From: Octopus sinensis
Lineage: Eukaryota
NCBI RefSeq assembly: GCF_006345805.1
Contig: NC_043001.1
Coordinates: 63,178,001-63,242,000 of the forward strand
Length of the DNA stretch: 64,000 nucleotides
Direction of reading: 5' to 3'
Shown: piece by piece, positions 11,480 through 24,574 of the stretch
How positions within the stretch are numbered: position 1 is the stretch's first letter
Layout: each line of letters opens with the position of its first letter
The notes under the pieces: model-generated
What the model was told of the DNA's origin: nothing
What the model saw: the letters and a program-made list of their open reading frames with translations, nothing else
Databases searched by the model: none
Translations under genes and position numbers: made by a program

Positions 11480-14400
11480 GCCACCATTCGCTCCAATGTC
11501 TCTAAAATACATACCATTGACTGCCTTCTCCCTCCTGCTTTTTTTATCTTTTTCTCCTCTCTGCCGCCCTTCCATGCTCACAACATGTTGCGCTATATAA
11601 TTCATTTAAATCACCTCTTTCATAAATTTCTTGCCAACATCAAACTTCGCAAACTCCAATCACTCCTCCATTCCATTACACCCGACGCCACTACCCCTCC
11701 ACTACCCTTCTCCCCCTTGATTAGTTCCACCCACACCTAACCCTACTGTCCCTCCAAACAACCCCGCCACACATCCCTACTCCCTCCTCCTCAGACTTCC
11801 ACCAGCCCTACCACCCCTCCTACCTCCACCCCTTCCACCCCTCCTACTCCTATTCCATCCACCTCTCCTACTTCTATTCCATCCACCCCTTCTCCACTTC
11901 AGTCTGTTGTTACCATTCCCCCAGATCTTCCCCTCTCTGTGGCGGAGCGCTCCATCCTCAGTAGGGGGTCTGCGTTTCATCCCCCTCATTCCATCCTGTA
12001 AGGAATTCCAGACGCGTACTGATATCCACAGCTTTGTGCACCGTGTCAGGTTGTGTGTGCTTTTGCGTGACACACCGCCTGCATCCAACGTAGAGGATTG
12101 CTTCACTGACCTGGCCTGCCGACCATCCCAGTGAACGCCTGCTCTCGGCCAGTTCCAAGCAGTGGATCTTTTCGTGGGTGCCTGTCAGTGCACGTTGGAA
12201 TGGTTTAACTTCTCCAGGCGCCACAGCCACCTCAACATCTCCCCAGCCGAACTCTCGGCTCTTCGTTCCCTCCGACGGCGCGCTGACATTGTCATTAAAC
12301 CGGCCGACAAGGGTGGAGCTGTGGTGGTGTGGTGCGCGGACCTCTACAGGACCGAGGCGCTCCGCCAACTCAATGACACCTTTTTCTACTCCCGTCTGTC
12401 CTCTGACCCCACACTCAGCTACCAACAGACGGTCTCCTCTACTGTCCACGACCTCATCTCATCCTCCCTTCTCCCCCATACCACATCCAGCCTCATTGTC
12501 AGAACCCCATGCACCCCCACCATTTACTTCCCCAAAATCCCCAAACCCAACAACCCTGGCTGCCCCATCGTCTCTGCCTCTGACTTCCCCATCGAGCTTA
12601 TCTCAAAATACCTTGACCGTGTCCTTGCCCCCCTAGTGGCGTCTCTTCCCTCTCACATCCACGACACCAAACATGTTCTCCATCTTTTCAAATCTTTCTC
12701 CTTTCCTCCTAGCTCCAAACTCCTCTTTACAATGGACATCCAGAGCCTCTATACCGTGATCCCTCACCACGAAGGACTGCGTGCACTTAAACACTTTTTT
12801 GACCTCCGCCCCAACCCCGAATCCGACACCACCACACTTGTTCGTCTGGCTGAACCTGTTCGTTGGCTATGTTGAGGCCCAAATATTCTCTAGTTCACTG
12901 GTCCCACTCCCGAACTGTACGGTCGTTATATTGACGACTGTATCAGTGCCACCTCACTCTCCCACGAACATCTAGACTCCTTCCTCTCTTTTGTTAAATC
13001 CTTCCATCCTGCCCTCCACTTCTGCACTATTTCCAACACCTCTGTCTCCTTTCTTGACATTTCGGTCAGCATTCATTACTCCACTCTTACCACCTCCATT
13101 CACTACAAACACACAGGCTCACACTCATACCTAAACTTCTCCTCCTCCCACCCCAAACACACCAAGCTTTCCATCCCCTATTCCCAATTCCTCCGTCTAC
13201 GCAGGCTCAGTAGTGACGACCATGACTTTGAGACTCAGTCTCAACTCATGGCTTGCCACTTCATCCTACGTGGATATCCTCTCATCACTATCCACACCGC
13301 CCTTGCCAGAGCACGTTCCGTAGACCGTGCATCTGCTCTCTTCCCCCGAACCCGCCCTGCAGTCTCCCGCCTCCCTTTTCCCATCAGTTAGCACCCCACC
13401 ACCCTACCTCTCCAATGCACCATTCTTCAAGCTTTCCAGCATCTTCAGTCCGACCTGTCCACTTCACATCTTCCCTAACCAACCCTTCCCCTCCTTCAAA
13501 CGAGCCCATAACCTACAAGACCTCTTGGTCCACAGCTTCTTCCTCAACCCTACCTCCCAACCTGGCTCATTCCCCTGCTCCGTCCTACGCTGCCACACTT
13601 GCCCTTACCTCTCCAACACCACCCTCCCCACCGGCACCCATCATTGACCCTATCGCATCATCGACTCCTTCACCTGCACCTCCAGCAATATCATCTATTG
13701 CATCTCCTGCTCTCTCTGTCATTCCCTGTACATCGGACAAACGGGACGCCGCTTGGCTGACCGGTTCGTGGAACACCTCCAAGACGTCCGCCTCGGCAAT
13801 GACACTCCAGTCTCATGCCATTTCCGCTCCACCGGTCACTCCTTGCAACACCTGTCTGTGTTCGGATTGTCCTTGCACAGAGGCCATCCTGACTCCCACT
13901 TGTGCCGTGAACAGGGATTAATCTTCTCTCTTCGCTCTTTTACATCATTTGGGCTCAACTCTCCCCCCTTTTCATCTAACCTCCTCCCCGACTCCTACAT
14001 CTTTTTATCCCTACTCCCTTTCCCTCTTCTTCCCTCTTTTCCCTCTACTCTCTTTCCCTCTTCTCCCTTACTCTCTTCTCCCTTCTCTTTCTTTCTGCTC
14101 CTTCACTCTCCTCTCCTTTCTCCCCCTCCCCCTCCTACCCCTCTCTTCTCTCTTCCCCCCTCTTCTCTCCTCTCTCTCTCCTCATATACCCACCTTCCCC
14201 TCCCCCATAAACCCACCCACCCCTATTCCACCTTCCCTATCCTTCCCACCCCCACCCTACCCCACATACCTCACCCCATACCTCACCTCTAACCCCACCC
14301 TCTACCTACCCACAACCCCCAGCTGAACCCACACCCAAGTGTGCTTTCCCCACTCTCACCTCCCCCACCTCCCCACAACATCACTCTATACTACACTACA

Positions 14401-14930
14401 CCCTACAACATCACACCACACCACACCGTACAACATTACACATCACATCACAGCACACCACCTACACACCCATCCCCACATATTTACACCTACACATACA
14501 TACATCACATCACAACACACCACCCACACACCCATCCCCACATCTCCACACCCACACATGCATACACACACACGTCCAGACCATCAGCCCTCTTTCACAT
14601 GCACATACATACTCTCTTATTCACACACGCACCTTTGTGTTGGGGGCTCCTTTGTATTGGAGGTCATCTTTGGCCTTGTTATCTCCCCTACTTCCCCTCT
14701 CCTGTCTGACCATTCTGTCCGAAGTCAGACGCCATGATAGATCGTTAGCTACTACACACATTTTTTTCTCCTTGTTTCTTTCCTTATTTTTTTCTGTGTA
14801 TCTTTCTGTAGAAGAGCATAGGCTCGAAACATAAAAGACTTTTTCTATTCCTGAGCGTTATACTAATACATCTGTTTGTTTGTACATCGCCTGCCTTTGT
14901 CTTTTGTTTATTTTCGTAAACTTTCCCTAT
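11480..14930 (+). mobile_element. Penelope-like element (Penelope/Poseidon type): RT + GIY-YIG + 3' pLTR, decayed
   Basis: IVIKPADKGGAVVV, PKIPKP..PIVS, FTMDIQSLYTVIPH, YGRYIDD (about 12925), NIIYCISC..YIGQTGRRLADRFVEH; frameshifts and an internal deletion. Confidence 0.92.
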
Positions 14931-15007
14931 ATATATATATATATAGATAGATATAGATAGATAGATAGGCAGGTTGCAATGTTTCACCAAAAATGAATGA
15001 AAACATA

Positions 15008-15538
15008 TACAAGAGTCGGAAGAAATGAAATGAGAATTCTTAGCTTGCTTGCTATGATCATCGCTGTGTGGTCAAGAAAGGGTGAATGAAAGAGAAGCAC
15101 ACGAGGTGATTATTTATATAGGTTCACCGGAAGTGGGTTGGAAAGACGGAAGTTTTGATTGAAAGTAATGGCGGAGGACGAACAAAATATCTTCATACCG
15201 AGGCATTTTAAAAAAATTTAAGAATTTTGAGGAGGAAAGAACACGCAGGTTAGCGAATGGCGGGCTGCGAGATTTTGATTGGGAACAGTAGACTTAAAAC
15301 AATCGGGGTTTGAAGAAATGAACAGAGTAACGAACAAATTAACTTGGTACCGAGGGGTTAAACAAATTAAAGGGTTATATTTTAAGAACAAGCAGAATTA
15401 GTGAATAGATTCGAACATTTAAGGGTTAGCGGCAAATGTATGTGTGTAGTACAAGAGTCGGAAGAAATGAAATGAGAATTCTTAGCTTGCTTGCTATGAT
15501 CATCGCTGTGTGGTCAAGAAAGGGTGAATGAAAGAGAA
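15008..15538 (-). repeat. Two identical 89-bp direct repeats (15008-15096, 15450-15538) around a promoter-like spacer
   Basis: Base-for-base identity; minus-strand spacer contains ccaatc, cttccgg, tatataaa and tcattc. Confidence 0.9.
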
Positions 15539-17239
15539 TATATATATATATTCATGTCTCTGTATATATATATTTATATATTTATGTAATATGTATCTTT
15601 AAAAGGTATGAGGAGTATGTATCAATAGGTATGTGCTCTGAGTGCTTAAACACATATGCCACTAAAATTTCAGTTTTGAACTGCAGTTGAAGGTATGATT
15701 TTGTGACTGCTTTATACAAAGTAGCTAGAAGTGGTTTCCCCTTGGGTTGGTAGGTTAAAGTAGAAAAGAAAAAGCAATAGCTGGGATATCCTAGAAACAG
15801 GTTGAAGTTTTGCTCCCAATACACCTGCTTGTTAGTGAAGATGAAGCACATGGTCACAACAGATCAGTGGTCAGCTATGTTGCTGGTTGGGTTGTTGACA
15901 ATTGTACTGTATGTTTTTCTTTATCCCATTATAGTCCAGCAGCACTATCTCTGATCTGCCTCATATAACAAGCAAGGGTTGGCAACATTTGGCTGCCAAA
16001 AAATCTGTGTCAACAATTTTTGTTTGACCTACTTAATTATTGCAAGTGGATGTTGAAATGATGATGATGTTATATGTTTGATGCAGTATGTTAAATGGTT
16101 GGAAGCTGTGCCTCTTTACACTACTATAGTATTATCATATATTACTGATGACTTTAAATTAGAGCTTATTTTCCACAACTCCTATTTCCTGTGTGTGTGC
16201 ATGCACGCACACACACGCACATTTTAAGCTATTTAGTCTTGCAAGTTTCAAGGCCACCTCATTAATAATGTTGTTATGAAAACTGCACCCAGTACATTTT
16301 GTAAAAAGGCTGATGTTTGGTAGGGCATTCAGCTAGAGAACCAGGTCAAGTCAGGCATTTGATGATGATGTCCTTTGACTCATTAGAGCCTTGTAGCTTC
16401 AAAAATAGACATAAAATTATGATGATGAAGGTGGAAGAAGAAAATGATCAGTAGGAGCTGCAACCAATAGATAATGACAGTGGGGTGTCCAGGTGACGAC
16501 TAGGTGAGTAGAAGTAGGTTGGTGGGTGCTTTGCAAGATTGTACGGGGGGGGGGTGTATGTGTGTATGCGTGTGTTTGTGTGAGTGAGAGATAGTACAAG
16601 AATTATCTGGTATGGAACTCAATATATAGGCAGAGAGATTAGGTGTGTTTATTATGTCAAAAGTTGGCAGTCTTTTGATATATAATATATATAAGACAAT
16701 AAATTAGATAATGTTTTTATATATTGTTTTTATGCTACTTTTCACTGTCAGATGTCTGCCATTATTATTCTATGATGTATATCATTTAACTATGGTAGAA
16801 GTTGAATAATATTGTTAACATAGCTTTTTCTTTTTTTTTTTGTCACAGTCAGTGTCTTTCAAGCAGTCTCACTAATTCAGTTTTAATCAAAATCAAATTT
16901 AGGTTTTTGAATTATGTTTGACTTGTGATAAGCTACATTTAGACATAAAATACTTAAAATCTGGTGCACTAGAACAAAAGTTAAGGGAAGAAATGTATAG
17001 ACCAAACTGGTTGAGTGACAGGTAGTAATGCCCAACATCAACACTTTGAAGCCACACCATTCTTTTAATTTTGATTAAGAATTATTATATTGATATTAAT
17101 ATGAAAGAGAAACGATAAAGGAATATATTGGTAAAGGTTTCGTAAAATTTTATTCATTAGAATAAAAAGATATTTAATTTTAATTTCTCAAATTTTTATT
17201 AATTTTTGTGTGATATTAAAGGGACACTATTTAGGCATA

Positions 17240-19010
17240 ACTACAGATTTCTGCCCCCATCCCGAATTTGGATGATCATAACTTTCAGAAAAATGGATAT
17301 TTTTTAATGAAATTTTCTATGAAATTGTGTTATGTCATGCAAATTCCGAATACACAAAATTTTGGGAAGGAAAGTGTTTTAGGATGTGTAGAGTGGGGAA
17401 TTTGGGAAAATTCACTGGTGTCCACTTCAATTCATCTTAAATTACAAGAAAATAGATATTTTTTAATGAAATCTTCTACAAATATACCTCGGACTATGTA
17501 GATTTTGAGGACAGGAATTTTTGGGGAAAACAATTGGGGGTTACTTTTGAGAACTGTTCCCCACTCAGAGGTGTTTCAACACAAGTCCACCATATTTGTT
17601 TCATTTTCTCCGTGTTGTATGTTTGTGCATCTGTAGATTTCTACTGAAGCAACAAACAGGCAATGAAGGCAAATGAAGCCCTTACCAGAAAATTTGTTAT
17701 GCTAAAAATAACAGCTAAAGGTTTGGTACACAGAAATATGTTATTAAGACTACTTATCTGTTGCATACGATTTTTTTTCACTTTAAGTAAATTCCCAGGT
17801 AAATGTTTCTAATAGAAAGGCAGAAGACACCAGAAGTAAAAATAAAGAATATACACAGCTGGCATATACCATTTCACTGGCAACAAGAGGAGTACAGGAT
17901 GACAGTCAAAACTTTCGCTATGCTGTCTCTCTTCTTTCACCTCTTTGTGGAGTTAGTAATCTTAATCTTTAGTTACAGTTTCTCATTCAAACTACATAAT
18001 AGGCAGAAATGTCGGATTAAGACAGTAGGGTGTTTTGAGGGAGATTTGGCTGCTATTTCTACCAGGTCTAGCTACGATGTAGAGGTCTGAAGTTAATTTT
18101 CATTCACATATTTGCATTTCAAAAATTTAACATAATCTTTTCCATAAATCAACTATTGTAAACACTTACACACATGCAAGCATGCACACACACAGACATA
18201 CACGTTCATTTCATATATCTTCTTTCAATTTCTGCTCTCTGCAAATAAATTTTTACGGATACAACTACTTACAAAAATAGAGATTAATGTATAATATCTT
18301 TCTATGTTTGTAATTAAATCAACGTTTAAATGGTTAGACAGAGGTCCAATAAAATAGCTCTCAGAAACAGACTACATACAAATTCATTCTTTACAATTCG
18401 TGAAGCTGTTTTCTGACAAGGAGGTGGGGGTCAGGAAATTTTCATTCAGCTGGAGGCTCTAATCGAAACAGGGGGCCCGAAATGATATGGTTGAGAAATG
18501 CTGTTATAGATTATGCCTAACCAAAAACAATCACAGCCACATCATCCAAACAGACCGGTTGAAACCGGGCTTAGCTGCCAGTTACACATATATATATATA
18601 TATATATATATGGGGTGGGGGTAGTAGAAATCTATGGATGCACAGACGCACATAATGGAGAAAATGAAACAAATGTGGATGACTTGTTCTGAAACATCCC
18701 TGAGTAGGGAACAGGTCTCAAAAATAATCCCCAATTGTTTTCCCCCCAAATTCCTCTGTCTTCAGAATCTACATAGTCCGAGGTATATTTGTAGAGAATT
18801 TCATTAAAAAAATATCCATTGTCTTGGAAGTTAAAACGAATTGAAGTGGACTCCGGTGAATTTTCCGAAATTCCTCACTCCACCCCTTCTAAAACACTTT
18901 TCCCCCTAAAATTTTGTATATTTGGAATCTACATGATATAACACATTTTTGTAGAAAATTTCATTAAAAAACATCCATTTTTCGGGGTGGGGGTGTAGAA
19001 ATCTGGGTAA
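17240..19010. repeat. Long inverted pair of a ~400-bp repeat (17240-17645 and 18620-19010)
   Basis: For example cctcggactatgtagatt vs aatctacatagtccgagg; collinear over the arm, moderately diverged. Confidence 0.8.
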
Positions 19011-19034
19011 ATTTTTATATTAATACGCGCACTA

Positions 19035-19680
19035 TTTTCACTAATAAAAAAAACTGATTTTTTGCATGGAATCAAGTACCCTGACCTAATATGCTGCAAA
19101 TCCCTTATTTTGGTTCGGCAAAAAGATGGGGGGGGGGCAGGGGGACCCCCCATCCTGGAATCATTGGAAATTTTTTTCCATTTTTTGTCGAATGAATTCC
19201 TGTGGCCTCCTAATATGCCACGAAGCCCTTTTTGAGGTCCAAAAAACAAGGTAGGGTGAGGTGGAAGCCTTGGAAATTTCACCCCCACCCCCATTGATCT
19301 TTTCACCTGCACAATTTTCAGTAAAGAAAAAAGAAAATGAAAATCGCATTTTTATGCATGGAATCAAGTATCCTGACCTCGATTCCATGCATAAAAAGAC
19401 TGATTTTTATTTTACTTCCTTAGTGAAAATTGTGTGGGTGAAAAGATCAATGAGGGTGAAATTTCCAAGGCTTCCACCTCACCTCACCCCATTTTTCAGA
19501 CCCCAAAATGAGTTTTGTAGCATATTAGAAGGTCACAGGAATTCATTCAATGAAAAAAATATATTTTCCAATGATTCTGGGAGCGGGGTCCATTCCCCCT
19601 TTCTGGACCAAAATTAGGGATTTGCAGCGTATTAGGAAGTCAGGGTACTTGATTCCATGCAAAAAATCCAAGTTCAGAAA
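19035..19680. mobile_element. Foldback/MITE-like palindromic element
   Basis: Arms tttgcatggaatcaagtaccctgac... / ...gtcagggtacttgattccatgcaaaa; centre gcatggaatcaagtatcctgacctcgattccatgc; right arm recurs at 54725-54935. Confidence 0.75.
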
Positions 19681-20280
19681 GGGCTGTTCAGAAAAGGCAA
19701 ATGACAAAAATTTAAATATTTTAACAATCAGTTTTCACTATTTTTTAAATTTCAAACATGGAGTTAATTAATTGTATGCTAAAAATGACTTTATTTATAA
19801 TTTATTTATTTATTTTATAATAAATAGAATATGATTATTTGCCGGTTTGTTTCTATGAGCAGTACTATGAGTCTGTAGTAAGGCTGTTCAGAAAAGGCAA
19901 ATGCTACTTGTAATTATATTCTATTCAATGTTGATTTAATTTAATTTATTTGAAATAATATTATTTTATTAAATTTGTATCCTCATTTTTTTTTTTTGTT
20001 TCATTATTTTTAAAATTCTTTAAATATATTCACCTGTAACTTTGTCTCTGTACAGTACTGAAATTATAGTACGTACATTATGTCCAGAAAAGGCAAAGTT
20101 GCAATGATTATCATTCATTTTTAATGTAATTTCTAAATGAAAATAAGTCAATTGAAAAAATCAAAATTTTGCTTGAATTTTCTTGGAAATTTTTGAATTC
20201 AAAATGACTGCAAAAAATGGTAATTTCATATATTTTAAATTAAAATTTTACTATTATTACTGCAATGCCTGTAAAAACAC

Positions 20281-20630
20281 TGGACTAGCCAATGAAAAAT
20301 ATGGACACATAGTAACAATATTCTTAAAAATTAAACCTGGAAAAGTAGAGTACAAGAAAAAATACATTAAAAGTAGAGTTTAAAATATTGCTGCTAAAAT
20401 TAAAATATAAAATTTTTTTTATTAATTCATTTAGTACAAAAAATAAAATTAAAATAAAAAAAAAAGTGAAATTAATTAAATTTAAAAAAAATAAGAGGTA
20501 CTTTTTAATTTTAGCAGCAATGTTTTAAGCTCTAATTTTAATGAGTTTTTTTCTTGTCCTCTACTTTTCCAGGTTCAATTGTTAAGAATATTGTTAGTAT
20601 GCATTTGCATTTTTCATTGGCTAGTATATT
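20281..20630. mobile_element. Palindromic MITE just upstream of exon A
   Basis: actagccaatgaaaaat...aaacctggaaaagtagag / ctctacttttccagg...atttttcattggctagt; same family as 54003-54506. Confidence 0.7.
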
Positions 20631-20668
20631 ATAAAGTGCTGTCTAACATGGAATCTATTTAATTTCAG

Positions 20669-20801
20669 GTATCAAAAATGTTGTGTCTCTGTTTACTGCT
20701 GTGCTGACTGATCACAAAGTTCTTTTCCTCTCTCAAAGTTACACACGTCTTACTGATGCCTGCCATGGACTAACTGCTCTTTTATATCCCCTACGCTACA
20801 G
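20669..20801 (+). CDS. SBF2: SBF1/SBF2 (MTMR5/13) orthologue, internal exon A (DENN domain)
   Basis: tttcAG acceptor, GTcagt donor; (G)[43 protein letters not shown](S) resembles vertebrate SBF2 [20 protein letters not shown]...LMFPLKYS as I recall it; phase 1 in, phase 2 out. Confidence 0.93.
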
Positions 20802-21789
20802 GTCAGTTACTCAGTCACTTTGTTTTCAACACAGTAAATACTGTCAGGTTTTACAGGATTATGATGTTAATTAGCTCTTTTCTTGTCCTCATCAAACCAA
20901 TCTATAATCAAAATCATTATAAGTGGACAGAGCTATAATACTGATACTTCAGTGTTCTTTCTTTTATAAGATAGTTGAGAATAATTTATGTGGATTTTGC
21001 TGATATTTCTAGTAGATCAAACAGTCCAAAGGTTCTTTTGCTGATTGTGTCCATCAAAAGAATATTCAATATTGTTGAAATATAAATTTTCACAAATATT
21101 ATTAATTCATTGTCAACTATTTCTGTTGCTTTATGAAATAAAAGTTATATGCAGTACTCTTCAATCTTGTAATCAAGAGTTGCTCTTTATTCTTTTGGCC
21201 TGACTGATTTTTTTTACTTCTCCACTAGTTATAGAAACAACAAATTCTATCAATATTCCAATTAAACATTGGATTAATTAGTTATTTTTTTCAATTTCTA
21301 CTTCAACGTCAGGCATCCTATTAAGTAAACAGATTTTAATGAGAAATTTGAATAAAAATTGCTCCCATCTAATAAATCTAAGGGGAGATAACTCATATTC
21401 AGGCCCACTGATCTATGAATCTCAGATTTCTGTTTTTGTGTGTGTGTGTGTATTGTGGGGGGGGGGGTCATTATTGTTGTCACGAAAGACTGTTAATTCC
21501 ATAATTCTCAATTATGTGATATATATTTCTGTTCATCTTATAGACATAGACAACACATGAACACACCTTGTATACATATATAATACATATATACACCTTT
21601 TATATATATAACACATATCCACACCTTACATGCATAACACAATTTTAACTATCCAAACTATTCATAATCATGTTGAAAGAGGATTGACATCTGGTTGTAA
21701 ATACAAATCCTTTCTTTGTGGTAACTATGCTTTCAGTGTTGATTAGTGACATAGACAAATGTTAAACAGATGTTGGAAATAGATAATCT

Positions 21790-23090
21790 CAAGAAGGATG
21801 GTATGGAAGCTGAAAGATCCCTCTGTCTGACATATGTTCAGAGAAGTAGTAAGTGATGTATATTAGAATGTGGAGAGGATAAAGAGTGATAATATAGAGG
21901 ACACCTAAGTGTTTCTGTGTGACCATCTGCTGCAGACATAGATTGGATCTGTGGATGGACCAAGGTTCCACCCAAATGGAGGGTAACATAATGATAGAAT
22001 GGTTCTGTAGATAATGTCATAAAAGCCTGAGACTAGCCTTGAAAGATTAAAAGAAAGTGGGCACAAGCAACAATAACAGGTAGCAAGTTTGATGTTCAGG
22101 TATATTTTAGCAAAGAGAGACGCTAAGGGGTTTACCAATGTCTTGCAACAAGAGAAGGATCAGAGATGTGTTCTGGATTGCAAAATAATGTACCACTTCA
22201 ACATTGTTAGGGAAAACTGTGTTTGTAACTACAGTGCTGCAGTCACTGTTACTGATGGTGAGGAGAACCCAGAAGAGGGGGAGACTTGGAATTGCTTGTA
22301 AGTGAGGATACAGAATGAAGAGAATGTGTGGGCTAGTTAGGATCTATCCGAAGTGGAACCTTCAAAGGGACTAGCTATTGAAATTGATGAATATTATATT
22401 ATGAAAATGGTCTTTAAGAATATAACAGCAGGAAAGGCAGCCAGATTATCAGGTCAAGTCACTGATGTTGTAATGTTTTGCAAAGTAGAATATAATTGAT
22501 GGACAGAAAGCTCAACTATTTAAGAAGAGAATTAAATGAAATACTTTTCAGGTTAATGCCAGGTTGGTTACGAATGAGAAATTCTTAGCAAATAACAAGT
22601 CACATTTGTTGACCTTGAGAAACCTTTTGTTTTTGTGGCACCAGTACTAGAGAAGTCTCATGTTCTTGACAAGACTCAATTTACCGATATGTATTACAAT
22701 GTTTAATAGTAGATTAGTATTAAATATACTGGTGTGTGGTACTTAAGCTCGTCTTAGTAAACTGAGTTTGTGACCTTTACATATCTTAAATAGAACCAAT
22801 TTTTAAATCTGTATACTACTAAATGCTTTGTAGTCATGTCATTAAGATGAATAGGTGTAGACACATTGCTTGTGAGAGTGGTGTAAGTCGCATAAAGAGT
22901 AAGGTGAAACTGGGCATTGTATTCAGTGTACAGTTAAGTGTTCATCCAGATTCAGTTCTCAGCCCTCTCCAGTTTATTTTTTCATATCAGAAAATTAAGA
23001 CTGGTTGCTAACTTCTAATGGCTAAATCTGTCAAAGAATTAAGAAAGAAATTCCATGGAAATACAATGTTTTCATGTAAATTTAGAACTG
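21790..23090 (+). mobile_element. Old RTE LINE fragment, interrupted at 22625-22823
   Basis: Similar to 45885-47200 (gatcagagatgtgttctggattgcaa, tttgttgaccttgagaaa, cagttctcagccctctc). Confidence 0.7.
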
Positions 23091-24119
23091 AGAAAAATTT
23101 CCATTTATCTTATAGACATAGACAACACATACATATATATATACATAACATGTATGTACATCTTATATACATAGATAACACACACACATAATATAAATAA
23201 TTCATGTCCACACCTTATGTGCATAACACAAATATACACCTTATATACATACATAGTTAAGACATATATACACCTTATGTACATAAGTAACACTTAAGTT
23301 ATATGCTTAATAACAAAATTAAATATTTAAAAAAATATTTATAAACCAGTAAATCATTCTCCATTTTACTGACCTTTTTGGGATGTATTTTATCATTTTT
23401 TTTCTTTTTGCTTCTAGTTATGTTTACATACCTATTCTCCCTATCTCATTACTGGAGGTCCTCAACACTCCAACACCATTTCTTGCTGGTATTCATTCCT
23501 CAATATGCCCAGAACGTTCTGATTTGGTAAGTGTACTTTAATGCTTATCTCTCTTCCTGCAATTCAGTCATCTCTAGGAAAATGCTTTATGGTCTTCTCA
23601 TCATCAGTATTTGAAGTTTGTATATCAACATCATCATAATTTTATATCCATTTTCCATGCTGCCATGGGTTGAATGGTTCAACAGGATTCTACATATTGG
23701 ATGACCATGTCTTGCTCCATTATCTCAGTTTGAATATGTTTCTGTAGCTGGATGCCTTTCCTAACACAAACCACTTTACAGAATGGACTGGATGTATTTT
23801 ATCATGGCACCAGCGATACAGAGGTTGCTTTTCCCTTGACAAGACTACAAACCTCTCTGAACCTTGCTGCTTTTTACTGCCTGACTTGATTTGTCGATGT
23901 GTTTTATTTTCTTTTTCTTATTTTGTTTTTGTGGCACCAGTACTAGAGAAGTCTCATGTTCTTGACAAGACTCAATTTACCGATATGTATTACAATGTTT
24001 AATAGTGGATTAATATTAAATATACTGGTGTGTGGTACTTAAGCTCATCTTAGTAAACTGAGTTTGTGACCTTTACATATCTCAAATAGAACCAATTTTT
24101 AAATCTGTATACTACTAAA
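22625..24119 (+). repeat. 199-bp near-identical direct repeats (22625-22823, 23921-24119) flanking exon B
   Basis: 4 differences in 199 bp by eye; offset 1296 bp. Confidence 0.92.
23418..23526 (+). CDS. SBF2: SBF orthologue exon B
   Basis: ttctAG / GTaagt; YVYIPILPISLLEVLNTPTPFLAGIHSSICPERSDL (DENN YIPILP...PTPF motif); 109 nt, completes the phase 2 codon of exon A. Confidence 0.95.
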
Positions 24120-24574
24120 ACTGTGTGATTGCTTGCTTGTGATCTTGTTTATCTGTAATTTAATGTAGCCAAACTGGCGCATAATGGGAAAATACTCTGA
24201 AAGTACCCTTGAAATGTGAATGCAAACAGAATAAAACAATATATAATGTGTTTTTATTGGCTAAACTGGCAATATGACCATTCCAAAATATAAGAATAAA
24301 ACAAGTTTCGCATAAATCCAATCAACGATTCCTGAGATACAGGTTTTTTTTTGGGCTTTATTTCCACAAATTTAAGCAGTGGAAGCCAGAGTTATTGTCC
24401 TTTACTGTGAATACCGGGATAGTTTTGTTGACATAACTACAGATGTGTACCCCACCGACTTTGTTACTTCATAACAGGAAGACCAAATAAGTTGGAACTG
24501 TTGTTTTGACGGCGATTTTTCACTTTTTTTTTTATTTCATCACAGCCTTTGAAATGATGAGGTGCATCTTTTTA

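Noticed and set aside
13949-14737. Pro/Ser/Leu- and His/Thr-rich ORFs
   Set aside because: Low-complexity C/T and CA tracts in the PLE 3' region.
14806-14840. Hammerhead in the Penelope 3' pLTR (ctgtagaa-gagc-atag-gctc-gaaac)
   Set aside because: Stem II and GAAAC are present, but the CUGANGA core is not matched and there is no clear stem III/NUH site. At best a relic.
1-20668. Upstream SBF exon (expected ..FSLGAGDRQ..LF.QL G|GT)
   Set aside because: I scanned AG/GT candidates (e.g. about 2340, 2790, 15935) and none gave SBF-like peptide. Probably outside the window; TBLASTN would settle it.
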